Positions 11,935-25,560 are shown, numbered from the whole stretch's first letter. The stretch: DNA of 63,294 nucleotides, filler included, from Sphacelaria rigidula (GCA_964200075.2; 10 parts of 10 records of this genome joined end to end with filler, not necessarily neighbours in it), one strand, 5' to 3'. Made by a program: numbers and translations. The notes: a model not told the origin generated them from the sequence alone.

Positions 11935-12529
11935 CTGCGTCGATTGAACGTGGCACCGGCGATGGTGAGGAACAGGGCGCGGGAGGGGGAGTAGGTTCAA
12001 TGAATGAGGGAGGAAAACCAGAAAGGCGTGCTCTGCTGGGCGGGCACCACAACTGCAAAATCTACCCTTCATTCTTCGCTACCTCGCTGCTTCGGTCATT
12101 TGGTTGTCTTTTCCCGCAGCTACCGCGATGCCTTATGGCTTCCCAAGGTGCGTGTTTTTTCATTCAAAACTTGGACCTCGGGTTTCACGTGACTCTGAAA
12201 GGCCAGTTTCACCAACGCTCCGAACGCGTTGAAGTAGAGCCAAGACTAGAAGCGCATCGTCCCGCATGGGGCGCAACATACGAGAGTTCGCCGCCCTTTC
12301 TTTGAGAAAGCAATTTATGGCAGGAGACACGGGAGATATTCAGGTGGGGAAATGCAAAGCACGCCTCACTTCTCGCCAAGGAGATTGGCGTAAGAAAAGA
12401 AAGAAGAAAAAAAAAGGTGAACGCACCGTCCGACAAACCAGTCGGGCAAAAAGTGCAGAGTTTGCGCCAAATACGCAAACTTGTCTTGAAACAAGCTTGA
12501 AATCAAATCGCGTTGCACTGCCTAAATCT

Positions 12530-12566
<37 letters not shown>

Positions 12567-12819
12567 ACGAATAAGCAAGCNNNNNNNNNNNNNNNNNNNN
12601 NNNNNNNNNNNNNNNNNNNNNNNNTTAATTAATTAANNNNNNNNNNNNNNNNNNNNNNNNNNNNNNNNNNNNNNNNNNNNTCAACGAAAACTAGCCGCCT
12701 GCTCTGCTCTTCTCCGCTGCAAGGTCCTCTTCGAAGTTGACCTCCTGACGCCCCCAGCTGTCCTCTCCAGCGTGCATGGCCAACCCAATCGCCCATCCCC
12801 ACACAGTGCCCCCCCTGCT

Positions 12820-13109
12820 AATGGTTGACACATTTTTTATAAGTACCGTTACCCTTACCCTTAACCCAAACCCCAACCCAACGCATACCGAGAACCCTCG
12901 GGCGAGAGTGAAACATACATTCTGTCGGCAAAGTGCGACCTTGGTAGACCCCAAATCGGCGCCTGTGGCGCCGATTTTAACAGAAAACGCGTTCTGTACG
13001 CACGCGAGGAGCACACGGGACTGTCAGCCCCACTGAAATTCCGGTTCTTGTTGTGCACACTCAAATCGAGAAATACCTCCATTCTAAACCGTAGCCCAAC
13101 ATCGGTAAA
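12820..13109 (+). mobile_element. MITE family B, copy 1
   Basis: Colinear with 13603-13858 and with the reverse complement of 13869-14184; ends CATTCTAAACCGTAGCCCAACATCGGTAAA. Confidence 0.8.
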
Positions 13110-13602
13110 TGATTCTCACGACCATCGTACACCTGCACCAGCGACCTGGCAACAACATTCCGTTTGTCTGTGCAACCGTTTTATAATATACAGTCCAACG
13201 ACGGCTCGGAAAAATAACCGGAACCAATAAAAATCCAATCCTTGGGGTCTGGAGGGCAAAATCTTCTTCTATGAAAGAAAAAACTAACGACGGTGAGCGT
13301 TCGATTCTCAGGAACGGTACCCGACCGGTTGGGTACCGTCTCATTGTACATAATAATCAGAATACCTTTGTTATAACACGCGGGTTTTACGATTCCACGT
13401 ATTGAGTGGCTGTCGAAAAAGCATGGTTGATTTGTTCAACCAATGTTCACTACGGTTACGTTGACCATATCGAAATCTCTGATTCGAACTAGAGCACGTG
13501 AAAGATTCGTAATCAGGTGGCAAAAGCCTTACATCACCATTGAGAATATGGGCTGGGATGTCACTTCCGATTATCAACGAGGCGGCCGGTCGACAGAGGC
13601 TA

Positions 13603-13858
13603 GTTGACGATCGTTAGGCTACGTTTGAGAATGGTTGACACAGTTTTACAAGTATCGCTACCCTTACCCTTAACCCTAACCCCAAGTCAACGCACACCGA
13701 GAACCCTCGGGCAAGGGCGGAACGTACATTCCCTAGGCAAAGCGCGGTCTTGGTAGACCCCAAATCGGCACCTGTGGCACCGATTTCAACAGAAAACGCG
13801 TTCTGTACACACGCGAGTGTAAGCCCCACTAAAATTCCGCTTCTTGTTGTTCACACTC
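13603..13858 (+). mobile_element. MITE family B, copy 2 (one end truncated)
   Basis: GAATGGTTGACACAG...GGTAGACCCCAAATCGGC...AGAAAACGCGTTCTGTAC is shared with the other copies. Confidence 0.8.
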
Positions 13859-13868
13859 TGCAATAGAT

Positions 13869-14184
13869 TTTACCGATGTTGGGCTACGATTTAGAATGGT
13901 TGAAATTTTTCGATTTGAGTGTGCACAACAAGAACCGGAATTTCAGTGAGGCTGACAGTCCCGTGTGCTCCTTGCGTGCGTACAGAACGCGTTTTCTATT
14001 GAAATCGGCGCCACAGGCGCCGATTTGGGGTCTACCAAGGTAGCACTTTGCCGACAGAATGCATGTTTCGCTCTTGCCAGAGGGTTCTCGGTATGCGTTG
14101 GGTTGGGGTTTGGGTTAAGGGTAAGGGTAGCGATACTTGTAAAATTGTGTCAACCATTCTAAAACGTAGCTCAACGACGGTTAA
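13869..14184 (-). mobile_element. MITE family B, copy 3 (complete, ~30-bp TIRs, TTTA/TTAA ends)
   Basis: CCGATGTTGGGCTACGATTTAGAATGGTTGA / TCAACCATTCTAAAACGTAGCTCAACGACGG, flanked by TTTA and TTAA. Confidence 0.8.
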
Positions 14185-14339
14185 CCCGTAGGAAGCGGTG
14201 CGGGTAGTCCATCTGGATCACGCATACTTTGTTCAAGTGAAAGTTGATGCCGATTCAGCAGGTGACCTACCCTCGCGGTCCAAGGGAGGGGACCTAAAGC
14301 AATATTCGTAAATACTGGTTGATAGGAAACATCATGGAA

Positions 14340-14525
14340 TGTTACAAACTAACACTTACCGTAACCCCGACCCAAGGCGCACGAGACCCTCGGGCGAGGA
14401 GGGTTCATGGATTCCCCTCGGCAAAGTGTGCGTTGGCATACCTCGAATCATCGCACCAGGCGCCGACTTCGACAAGAACACGTTCTGGACGAGCTGAGTC
14501 CACTGCTCACCTGCCCCAAGCCATA
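14340..14525 (+). repeat. Diverged relative of MITE family B
   Basis: GAGACCCTCGGGCGAG...CGGCAAAGTG...GGCGCCGAC...CACGTTCTG resembles 12890-13000. Confidence 0.5.
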
Positions 14526-15793
14526 TTATTTTTTCAGAACTTTATCACGTCTAAAATCGAGTAGCCATCTCTGTCAACCTTTGTGTACGAGCATTTCTTT
14601 AGGTCTACTGCTCTAAGGGTCGGCTAGCCTCTTATTATGCTATAAGCCAAGGTGTCGTGTAACATATGGAAAGGTGCATGTGACCGCCGTTCGAGTAAAT
14701 TGATGGCTCTCAATCATGTCTCCATCTCTCAATCTCACGAAAACAATGTTACGAGTAATCATGAGCTGGTGGACCTACACCAGTGCATTGATGCGAGGAT
14801 TGTTTCGATGGATGACATACTCATTTCCCTCCTGTTTACTCTCAGTTCATCAAAGCAAGCCACGCTGGTCGTATTATGTGCAGAGTGGGTACTTGTAGGA
14901 CGTGAAAAGTGAGATGAGGCAGGTACAGGAGCAAGTCCAACAGTTACATGTTCGACTGGTCCGCACCCCTCATATTTTTACAGCCGAAATTCTGGGACCC
15001 CAGGTAGCAGATCTCAACGGTGTAAAAAGTTCAACATATTATGAGCCACCGTTGGGCCCTGAGGAGTCATTTCTGCTTTGAACCCGGTATAGGTCGACTC
15101 CAACCAACCGTCTACCACTCAGGTCACAGCCAACCCTTGCCTAAGAATCAACAAGGAAAATATCTCCTCGCTTTGGGTATCCCTCGGGAAGATTCACCCT
15201 CGGGAACAGATAAGAGACGACAACCCTCGGCATCGCGATTCTCCGGGGGCTGTGCAGCAGTCACTCGCCTACCGGCACATGGCAAACTGGGTATGTGCTG
15301 GAAACATGATGCCAATCCCTCCAGCGATCGGAAATAACCGAACGAGGACACGCAAAGAACACAGGCGAGGAGCTTCCTCTCGGCCGTCGCTTCTCCAGTG
15401 ATACCGTCACCGACAAGCGTGTACACCGTACTCATTCGGTGCACCTAGCCACACCTACTTAACTTCAACTGCTATTGATTATTTTTTGCGCTTATGCTTT
15501 TCTTTGAAACTATGGTTTCTCGCAAAACCTGACTTTTTGGAAGATCACTTGAACCTAATTTTAGTGTCCAACCACATGTTCGAGGATCCTCTGTTAACGA
15601 GTATACCGCCACAGCGTCGCATTGGTAATGGAGGATCCCGGGAAATGGGGTTGATTTTTCAAATGAGACTGAACCCACATTCCAAGAGGTCACATTTTCT
15701 CCGTAACAACAGTTGTGCAAAAACACCAACTGAAATGTTTTTGTGCCTGTCGAAATTTCCCCCAGCTTGCCTTATCGCACATTGTTTGCTCGG

Positions 15794-16093
15794 AACAGTG
15801 TTTCCGTGAGATTAAGAGTGGAGGATACGATTGAGAATGAAAAGCGGTCAATTCATGAATGAATCGTTTCAGTTCCGAAATTTCCCTCCCCGAGGCCCAA
15901 TATGCTTTCCGTAGTAGCTTGCGACTCAGGTCGTTGATATCCTCGAGTAGAATATCGACGTGCAGCTGGAAGCACACGTCAGAGATGGAGGCAAAGAAAA
16001 GCACACACGAAATGAAAAGTTGGCGACGTAACAGCGGATTATCACAACCACTCTCAATCAGCGCTATAATCTCAATCTCACGAACGCGTTGTT
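15794..16093. mobile_element. MITE family A copy
   Basis: AACAGTGTTTCCGTGAGATT / AATCTCACGAACGCGTTGTT; the interior aligns with 8312-8624. A further terminal fragment lies at 14705-14750. Confidence 0.75.
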
Positions 16094-17341
16094 CCTGGTG
16101 TCTAACGCCATATGTATCTCCTTTTACTTATTCGAAACGGCTCTCACCAGATGAGGGAAATCGCTTTTCATTGGATTTCCTCATCTTCAAAGAACATGGT
16201 GCCGGAGATTGTTTCGAGCGCTTCGGAAATTCGTCGAGGGCAGAGATTTTCTCGCCTATGAAATATCCTATTTGTTGAATATGTAAAACGTTTCTAGCTA
16301 TTGGCCTTTTCGAAAACACATACGGCGGCACTTTACTTCTCGTAGAAATATTGCCCCTTTAATCATTTCGAAAAAAAACGAAAAACTCTGCAAATATATT
16401 TGATGTCACTCGAAGGGAGCCGACCAAAGGTTCTCCTCTAACCTGGTGAGAGCCGTTTCAAATAAACGAAAGGAGGTTCATAATAAGGCTTTAGGGCCCT
16501 TCTTATCTAAGAGGAGTTTCCCTCTTTTCAAAATCCCTGATAGAGATATCTTGAACTCGGCTTCCGGTATCCTGGTTTATTCGCTGACTCTGAGTTGTGT
16601 ACTATTTTTTCAAGTGAAAGTGATCGCGATTCATAGGAGGACCTGACCCGGCGGTGAAAGGGTCTCGTAATCGGATGAATCGCCATCACTTCCACTTAGA
16701 AAAAATAGAACAAAAACAAACCAGGATACCGGGAGTCGAGTTTGAGAAACCTTTGGAAAAAACGACCGCTGATTGGTCGCTTGATATCACCCCTAAAAAA
16801 ACGTGCCCAGAAATCCTGTTTTAACAAGGGGATTTCCGCACACCTCGAAGGGAAACATACATGACCTGTTGACAGGGGCACATGCAATGGCTTACCACAC
16901 AACTCAATGCAATCAGAGCTGAACCTGAGGAATATGGTGACCTCGCCAACCAAAACACATAGCTCGAGCCGTAGCTGCTCATCAGATGAGCGCGTTGTGA
17001 TTGATCTTGCTCAAATCTGTTCGGAATGCATTGAGAAATGATGGTGTGCGTGAGACTCGCGCACGGCACAGGGTCACAAACGGTCAGCAACGACACGTTT
17101 TCGGTTGTTTTTTACACGCACGCGGCCGCCACGCATTCGTTCAATACAGAACAGGTTTCCGTCAAACAAAGACTGCCGTGTGTAGGTTAGCAAGGGCTAG
17201 CGCTGAACCGAATGCGCGTGAGCGGTGGGTGTCTGTGCGTGTTCTATCGAGGCTGGGTGTGTAGGTGTTGTCTTGCCTTGTTGCGTCTTGTCTATAGCAT
17301 TACAGAGACCTTGCACTAACGACAGTTAAAGTGCGACAATA

Positions 17342-17344
<3 letters not shown>

Positions 17345-17396
<52 letters not shown>
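17345..17396. repeat. (AC)n microsatellite
   Basis: About 26 AC units. Confidence 0.95.
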
Positions 17397-17401
<5 letters not shown>

Positions 17402-19020
17402 CCCGCTGCATTTCTGAACCTGCGTGCAGATCTGGGATTCGCTCTGTACAAAACTGCTTCTCGATAAGAATCAAAACTGGTCGTTGTGGGGGCAATCCTC
17501 TTCGATATGAAGGCCCATTAGAGACCGGATCAACAATGCGCGACAAGGCAAGCTGGGGGAAATTTTGAACAGAAAAATGAAATCCTCAGTTGGCTGTCTT
17601 TGCAACAGTGTTCCGGGGGAAATCTTCATGTTCGGAAGGTGGCTTCAGCCCCATTTGAGAATTCAACCCAAATTATTAATCGTTCTGGGATCAGGCGTCC
17701 AGAACGACCAATGAGGCTGGTTGGGAATGACGTGTCTGGCATATGCACGACACAGTGGCTCTATGCTTCAAAATCCACCTATATAACCACAGACTCATTA
17801 AGAAGATCGAAAGTTTTATCCAATCTACTTTCAGGTGCAGGTACAAACTGTAATTCGGGTGTTGTGTGCATCAGGTACTGTACAGATGTATCAAGAAGTA
17901 TGAGTCGCCGTGGAGAGCTTTCAACGGGACGCGGCCACCGCCGCCCGCCACTTGTGACTTTGGATGATATTATTGTCCCCATCACCTTGCCACATAGCCC
18001 TTTGTGGTCGGGGTGGGCCGCGATTTCCCTCTTTGTTGCAAGCGGCAATTTCTCTTCGAAGGGCATGGGCGTTGCGCCACACATACAGCACAGTACGCCT
18101 CTCCAACTGCAGCAGCAGCTGCCGCTGCATACTGCTTTACACATTCTGGGCAGTTCCCCGCGACGGAGATCAGTTACCTATACAAAGCTTGTTCGTTCCC
18201 GTAGATTACATACAACCTCACTGCATATTTTACCGCCTGAACAGAGGGATACGCAGAACTCATGCCTCTAGCTCCGTCTCTCGTCCCACTGCGTTGCTAG
18301 ATTCAGTCTCGTTGTGAACATGACCACATATATCGTCGGGTACATTTATTCCCGAATTCCCCCCGAGCACCCTGTGTCTGTGTAATAACTACGTTTTACA
18401 ATAGGATGGTGACCCCAAAAAATAGATCGGGGGAGTGGGGGTCGGACCTACATAAAATGCAAGTAAATGATGAAAAATCGGGAAAACCAGCCCCGACCAT
18501 CGCGGCTTTTTTTTGCTTCCAAGGCTTTTTTTGTGGGCTAGGGACGGGGTACACACACCAACTTGGCAGTGACATCACTCCCGGCGACAGCGCCCCCCAT
18601 TGGTCGTTCGGATGTGGTCGATAAATTTCGCCTCGCCGTGATTGGGCAGCTCGATCCCAGACTTATTGATTATTATTTTACGAATACATGATGAACCCCT
18701 TGTTGCTGAGCTTCAGTACCAAAAGGGTCAAGTTATTATGATACAGAACCTGTGGCAACGGTGATTGTCATCCAGACGATGATCTCAAAACATTTGTACG
18801 GAAACGGCCACTACACGTCCCGCTCCCCGCCGGAAAGCATGAGTACCCCCCCCCCCCCCCCCCCCCCCCACCACCACAACACCAGAGACAGCCAACAACC
18901 CAACCCCCACCCCCCCCCACNNNNNNNNNNNNNNNNNNNNNNNNNNNNNNNNNNNNNNNNNNNNTTAATTAATTAANNNNNNNNNNNNNNNNNNNNNNNN
19001 NNNNNNNNNNNNNNNNNNNN

Positions 19021-19085
19021 TGAAGCGAATGATCAAATCCACTCTCAATCGTATCATCTACTCTCAATCTCACGAAAACACTGTT
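19021..19085. mobile_element. MITE family A right end
   Basis: CCACTCTCAATCGTATCATCTACTCTCAATCTCACGAAAACACTGTT. Confidence 0.7.
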
Positions 19086-21714
19086 TCCGCCAATCTTCTC
19101 TTGTCCCGGGAAAAGATCGGCACCGAACTGCTGAAATGACAAGTAGTTGTGCAGGACTTTGTACCCATGTTTCATGCCCACAAGGTCATTTTTCTTGTGG
19201 TTTTCGCTTGCAGGTGATTGAATACCTCGGAAGCTGTGTGGCAAACGCCATCCATCGCAAGCTGCCCAAAACACACGCGGAGAGAAAGTTTCAGATGCGC
19301 TGACCTCGGGCTGACATTCTGTCATTGAAAACTGAATTTATTTGCAACAACAAAAAGGGACAAGGCGTTAGTTTGTGTTGGTCACATTGTACCATACTTC
19401 GCGTGGTTTTGTAGCGATGCCTGGCTTCTCTGTTGTGATATTATATACTGTAGGAGAAGAGCGCGAGCGTGCACTGATGGGTATGTCACCATCTTCTAGA
19501 GCGGAATGTAGTCGGTGTTTTCAGTCCTCTCCATTGCAGCGCAGCGCAGCGGTAGTATTTAGGCCCCCTATAAATGGGAATATGCCATTTTTTTTTCTTG
19601 TCTCGTTTTGTTTCCTCCTTCGGAACCCCATTGGTCAGCGTTGCGATATTTTTGTGTTTTGTATCCCACTCTTGACAACCCACAGATCCCCACACATGGA
19701 GATGGCTCGCGCCACCTCTTCTGTGTACTATTCTAACGCGATAGCATTCAGCACTGCGGATGTCACCGAGTCTTGGGACATGGTGTGAACCGTGGCCGTC
19801 ATCCTTCCATCGGGGTGACGAACGTCAGTTTTTTACGTCTTCGTTCGAGCCCGGATTGTTTTTTCTCGGGCGGCCGTCACCCCCTGTTGCAGCATGACTG
19901 CTGCGGTCCACGCCATACCCTGGGACTTGAGACTGCTTCAGTGCTTGTGTTGGTATTTTATCCAAGAGGGGTGGTCGCAATTATTTCAATGTGCGGGGAG
20001 TTGTGGGCTGTAAGGATACGGGCTACGGGACAACCGCATGAAAACACACGAAACAAACGCCGTTCGGACCGACCGTTTTGAAAACAGAACCTAAACTGCG
20101 AGAAAGACCACACAAGCGTGCGTGACCTTCCGATGTCAGTGAGGACTGCGGAGGGGGTGTTATATCTCGTCATCATAACCCGTTATAGTACAGACAAAAC
20201 AAACAGAGCCGGTGACTGCCAAATGATCAAAATAACCGAGACATTCGCGGCAGCAGTGCCGATCCTCCAACTCTTCAATTTTCAATGTATTTTAACCCTG
20301 TAACAGAAATCTAGCCGATGGTGAGCTACAAACACACCCCCCCTCTGGAGGGTGGATGCATTGCATAGCACAACGTTTGCAGTGCTGGGAAAATTCAAAA
20401 TTCACGCCCGGGTAACGGCGGTCATGATCCATCAGCGTTGTCATGATCCAGGGCCTTCCTCCGCGATTCACCTGTGGTTTCGTGATCGATCCAATGCCAA
20501 TGAGTGTGCTTCTGTCGATGTTAGAGAGTAGAATCGGATGAAGGGGGTTTCATTGTACCCCATTTCAGCTGAAAACGTGGTGGTTCTGAAAGAAAGCACG
20601 CTGTAACGGTCTGGCCATCTGGTTTTGCCATGCCCAAAACAAGAGAAACACGATCTTTTCGCGGCGACATGCGGTACATGATTTGCGATACTGTACTGTA
20701 GTCCTGCAGACACCGACCGGCACGACATGCGGCAGCCACGACATGCCCGATGCGCTTTGACACAACACCAGATATAGGCGATCGTATTGTTGATATTCTA
20801 TGACTAGCTATACCAATGTTAGACATAGGGTCACCGGCTGTTCATATATTGATACTCTAGTTCTTAGTCGTGTGCCTAGCTTGTGCGGTGGTTGACGTTC
20901 GTGCCACGTACACATTATTTGTTGAACGGATGGATGTCAATCGGATGTCGTGACACCTCGCCACACCTCTTGAGAACACCGACAGAATGATCACACACCC
21001 GAGTTTCATGCGCTTCGCGGTCCCCTGCCGTTACGTCGATCACCCCCCACATGAAGACACCTGGGGCGCAAACCCGCAGATATAGCTCTGCTAGAGCCTT
21101 GCGTCATATGCTATGATCCCAGCAGTACAGTGTAGAGTGTAGAGTGCAGCACGGTAAAGGGCTGTAATTCGGCACGTACAACCTCACTGCAAAGTGATAC
21201 CTTCACAAGGCCAGGTATGAGAAGCCATCGTTTTCCTCCAAAGTCCCCATTTATTGCCGTGTAAGTGACTGGTTGGCGTTTGTAGGGACGTGCAGATCCT
21301 ATGCTGGAGGTATGCCGATCGCATGTCCTAACGCCCCCGCCCCGCCACACCGCTTGCGAAAGCCGACCGACCATACAATCACGCACCCAAGTGTCGTGAG
21401 CTTTACGACCCCCTCCCGATAAGAGGCACACCCCCCCAGAAGACAGTTGCAGCACACAGAACCACAGATCTAGCTCTGCCAGCGCCGTGTGTCATATCTG
21501 TCGTTGCAGTACAATACAGCGTAGTGCAGTGGACCCAGCACACTGCAGTTCTGCTCCGCACGATGTAGTGCAGTAAAGCGGGGTGATTATGCAAACACAG
21601 TGGCTGAAGGTGTAGACTGGGCGTCCTGAATAGATGGGATGGCAACATAGCACCGCCCAAGCAGTGGCCGCGCAACAGTGTGATCCTCACATGAGTTGGT
21701 GCAATGAATCATCG

Positions 21715-22480
21715 TCACTCCCCAAGTCGTGACCATTTGATATACGCAGCGGAGAATATCTCTCTGTCCTCGGGTACGCCTGCAAGCTGCTCTGGAGCTT
21801 GATCATAATGTAAGTCGCAGCTCCACGTGCTCAATGACTTTGTACGATATACACTACTACGCGGCTTTCGCCGAATGGACTCCATCGGATCCACAAACAG
21901 TATTGATTCCCCCGAGCCAAACGACCATCGATGGCGAGCACGGTGGAGATTCCAACATCCCCGGACAGTGTCCCCGGTGTTCCTTCCTCCAACCATCCTT
22001 TTGTGGTCAAAACATACCCTGGAGTAGCACAGGCCGTAGTTTACATTTGAACCAAGACACCACACGTTGCAGTAGAAGAGCTCCGTGAATAAACGGCTGA
22101 TTTCGCCCAATAGCATATGGCAGTCGTCTCCCCCCACAGGCAAGTCCACTTGCGATTGGCGTGAGTCTTTGTATATACATAGAGAAATTATCTCCTCTCG
22201 TTACCTGAAGTGGTCTAAACCTGACTGTCTTCGGGGAACGACGGCGTTGTCAGACCCACTGTATGTTCTCTGAGGCACAATCGAAACCCCACTACTTTAC
22301 TGTCAGGATGTCATCCCGCGGGCCGAAACGGTTGTACGGTGAATTACACCCCCGAACCATGCCGATTCTACGTACTGGAAAATGACACACTTCCCATATT
22401 TCCTCCCATGAAGAGAACGAACGGCTTCGAAGCATCATACCCCTCCAGCTGGCAACGAGATATCGGCCGGAAACAGCATC
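21715..22480 (-). pseudogene. Decayed tyrosine recombinase (DIRS/Ngaro- or Crypton-type)
   Basis: Motifs appear in the expected order across frameshifts: LVASWRGMMLRS (box I-like), RRSPKTVRF (SKT-like), YRTKSL[R]RGAAT after removing one base (HSLRxGxAT-like), then LAGVPED...SAAYIKWSR. Confidence 0.5.
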
Positions 22481-25194
22481 TAGGTTGAGCTGTAAGGTGA
22501 ACACGGCTGAAGTATCAGGAGCAAACACGTCTGGCTCCCACTGGGGGTTGTTCGCGAGGTGAGGTTCCACTTCGTGCGGCGTGTTGCTTCGAACTCTCCG
22601 TAGACTCTGCATCCACCCACCTGACCTAATAATCTATTCTAGTCGAGACTGGCTATCGATCAAACCCAAGGGCTAGCAAGGAATACAAGGAGATATTTGG
22701 GCGGGTGTCTATAATTCTTGTCACGCTTGACCTCCATTGTCGGGAGAGTCACCTCAAGCTTTGGTGTGGACTACAGTTTTTGGTGCTTGTTTGTGGGTTC
22801 TGTAAGAAATCACGAAAGTACTCTACAGTACACGCACGGTATAGGGGTGGGCTGTCCGGGTTTGACCAGGCATACACGGAACGTGCGCGCCAACAGATGC
22901 CGCCGTGAGACTTTACTGTGGGTTAGACGGCTGTGTTTGTGCCTGTTTCATTTTCAAGATAAGCTAGCGTGTATCTTGTTACCGCTTGGGAGCTGTGACA
23001 GTGACATCATAATGTGTGTGGCCTTGCGGATCTGGCGGACTCGGCTTGTAGGCGGCTTAATACCGAGAAGACGCAGCGGATATATATTCATGCCAAGGGA
23101 GTACGGTCTACACAGAAGACAAGAGATGACTCGGCTGCTGCTCAACTATGCCAATAGATATCCCTGCTTGTGGGTGTCGCTAGATCTGAAGTCTCGCGGC
23201 TTTGGCCGCGCGATGGGGGGTGGATTGTATGTGTCATACACCGAGAGTTTCTCACCATGAATACACCGTCTGTCTGGCCATGGCGCACTCTTGTACGGTA
23301 TTTGGATATGACACGCAAGCTCCATGAAAATTACGACGTCTCCTGTCTCAAACTCACGTCGACCCTACTGCTGTCCCCCTTTACCCCACCATCTCCCCGT
23401 GTCGACGCGGTTGCAATGCAGTGCTGTCCCGGTCCGAGGTGCTATCGCCTTTCTCATTTTTTCTCACGGTCGCTGCTTGTAATCCGAAAAAGCTCTGATC
23501 TAGAGACAGATGAGGCGTATTTCCCCGCATGAGCGTTTCAACTCTTCTACATATTTCAACATCGTTTCTGGGGGAAACCTTCTTGGAGATCCCTACCCTT
23601 CTCCAGGCAGGCGCTTTTTGCTTCGTATTGTAAATATAACAGGCTGTTTAGGGAGAGATGAACGTTGTCGGGAGATCAAAGTCCGTCGAGAATGAGCTGT
23701 ATTCAAAATGCCTCCCACTCAAGAATACTGCACCTACCTGTACCGATAGTACGTGAAGTACAGCTAGACAAATCACACAGCACATGAATATACGGCGCAG
23801 CAACCGTAAAATGCAGCCACTACCGATATGCAACAGTGCAGACAGTACACACACAACTGCAGCACATCGCTGTGCACTACACGCGTGCATACACAAACAC
23901 CGACAGTAATACTGAGCGGCACATGCAGTACAGCCGCACAGACACAGCACTGCATAGTGCGTGCAAATACGGAAATGTGCAGTACAGACAGCTCATCGCT
24001 GTAGACAGCAACATGCAGTTCAGCAGCCGCTGCTTCGTACATCTTGTGGGAGTTATCATCCAGATGGGGCGTTACAGCCTGGTACAAACCCACCAGAGTT
24101 TCCCGCAGTCGCAAGATACGGGTTGGGAAACTATTTTTATCGAGGGACGTCTCCGGGAAGAGATCGACAGCCCTAACGTTTTTCAAAGTATTGTTTCCAA
24201 ATGCAAAAAGCGTTTTTGTGGGGCAATCGTGACTTGAACATGCGGCGGTGAGCAGTGGGCACGGCCGTCGTTTCAACATTCGTCGGAGGGCGATCGGCGA
24301 GTCAGAAACCAATAGTATAAGACCGAAATGACGGGGGATGAGAGGTCACCAATTGCAGAGAAAAACGTTAGAATAGAGAACTGGAAAATGCACGTCAAAA
24401 CGGGATGTGCACATGAAACACACGACGCCGTCGGCAAAATGCGCACCGAATTACAAGTGCAAGTCTCTGGTTTTCTAAGGCAAGCCGACTTGCGAGGTTA
24501 CATTTTTGTGGTACTACTTCCTTGAGCGAGAAGCATTCCAAATATACCACCCTCGGCTGCTACCAAGCGGGGTTCTGTGTTTCGCGGTACCGCTCGCCTG
24601 CCGTGTCTTGTGTTGGTGGTCTGATTAATCTCTCGTTGCATACGCAAGCATACCCCAAGAATTTCACGACCGGCTTGCACGGTATTGAAAGCGAACTTGT
24701 GAGTGAAATAGCTTTGGCCGATGACGGAAATGTCACTCCATACTTTTTTTTTTCATTTACGGTCATCAAATTATCGTCAATCATGCGCAGGGACATAATA
24801 TGATCCCTGAGCGCACTACAATGATGCATAGAGTACGCTCGAAATGTCATGACCCCCTTCACCACCCCACCCTTTTCAGATGCCAGGAGAATTTCCTAAC
24901 TTCGTGCCGTGGACACTTTCTACGATAGCCCTACCCCAAAAAGTCCCTGGTTCGGGGAGACAAAATCTTCACGTATATCGAAATATAAAAAGCCGAGCAC
25001 AATGAGCAGCTGGGGATTCCCATGCTTGGATTCATTCTCGCCGATGTCGCCCACACGAGGCGCTTCATGCAGCCTGAACCCAATTATCAACCGCTGTATG
25101 TCCATTTTTTCGTGACACTTTTGGGCTGGGTTTTGTTTTTTTTGGGGGGGGGCGTACTCATTTGTTGCTGGCCTTAGTCGTTTGACCATTGACC

Positions 25195-25260
25195 AGGTTT
25201 TGAGGGGGGGGTGTACTCATGATCATACATGCCATAGTCGTAAGACCATTGACCTCGCAT
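25195..25260 (-). repeat. Gypsy 3'UTR/LTR-related repeat fragment
   Basis: Reverse complement of 25452-25505; similar to 47500-47552. Confidence 0.6.
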
Positions 25261-25451
25261 NNNNNNNNNNNNNNNNNNNNNNNNNNNNNNNNNNNNNNNN
25301 NNNNTTAATTAATTAANNNNNNNNNNNNNNNNNNNNNNNNNNNNNNNNNNNNNNNNNNNNCCCCCACCCCCTCGCCAAAAAAGGGGGGCAAACCCGGCCG
25401 GGACCCCCCCCCCCCCCCCCCCCCCCCCCCTCCCCCCCCCCCCCCCCCCCC

Positions 25452-25560
25452 CAATGATCTTATGACTATGGCATGCATGATCATGAGTACACCCCCCTCA
25501 AAAACTCGGATGTCGATCTTGGGGCCTACTTGTCCCGATCTTTGTTTTACAGACCCTGGG
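25452..25560 (+). repeat. Gypsy 3'UTR/LTR-related repeat fragment
   Basis: GATCTTGGGGCCTACTTGTCC...ACAGACCC is shared with 7328-7375. Confidence 0.6.

Noticed and set aside
12691..14162. Three paralogous small ORFs (LACVQNAFS...)
   Set aside because: They are translations of MITE family B copies.
17600..18317. Overlapping ORFs of up to 223 aa
   Set aside because: No recognisable domain or splice support; open frames on both strands suggest chance or decayed TE sequence.
23648..24312. Cys-rich ORFs
   Set aside because: They arise largely from CAG/CAC/ACA low-complexity sequence.
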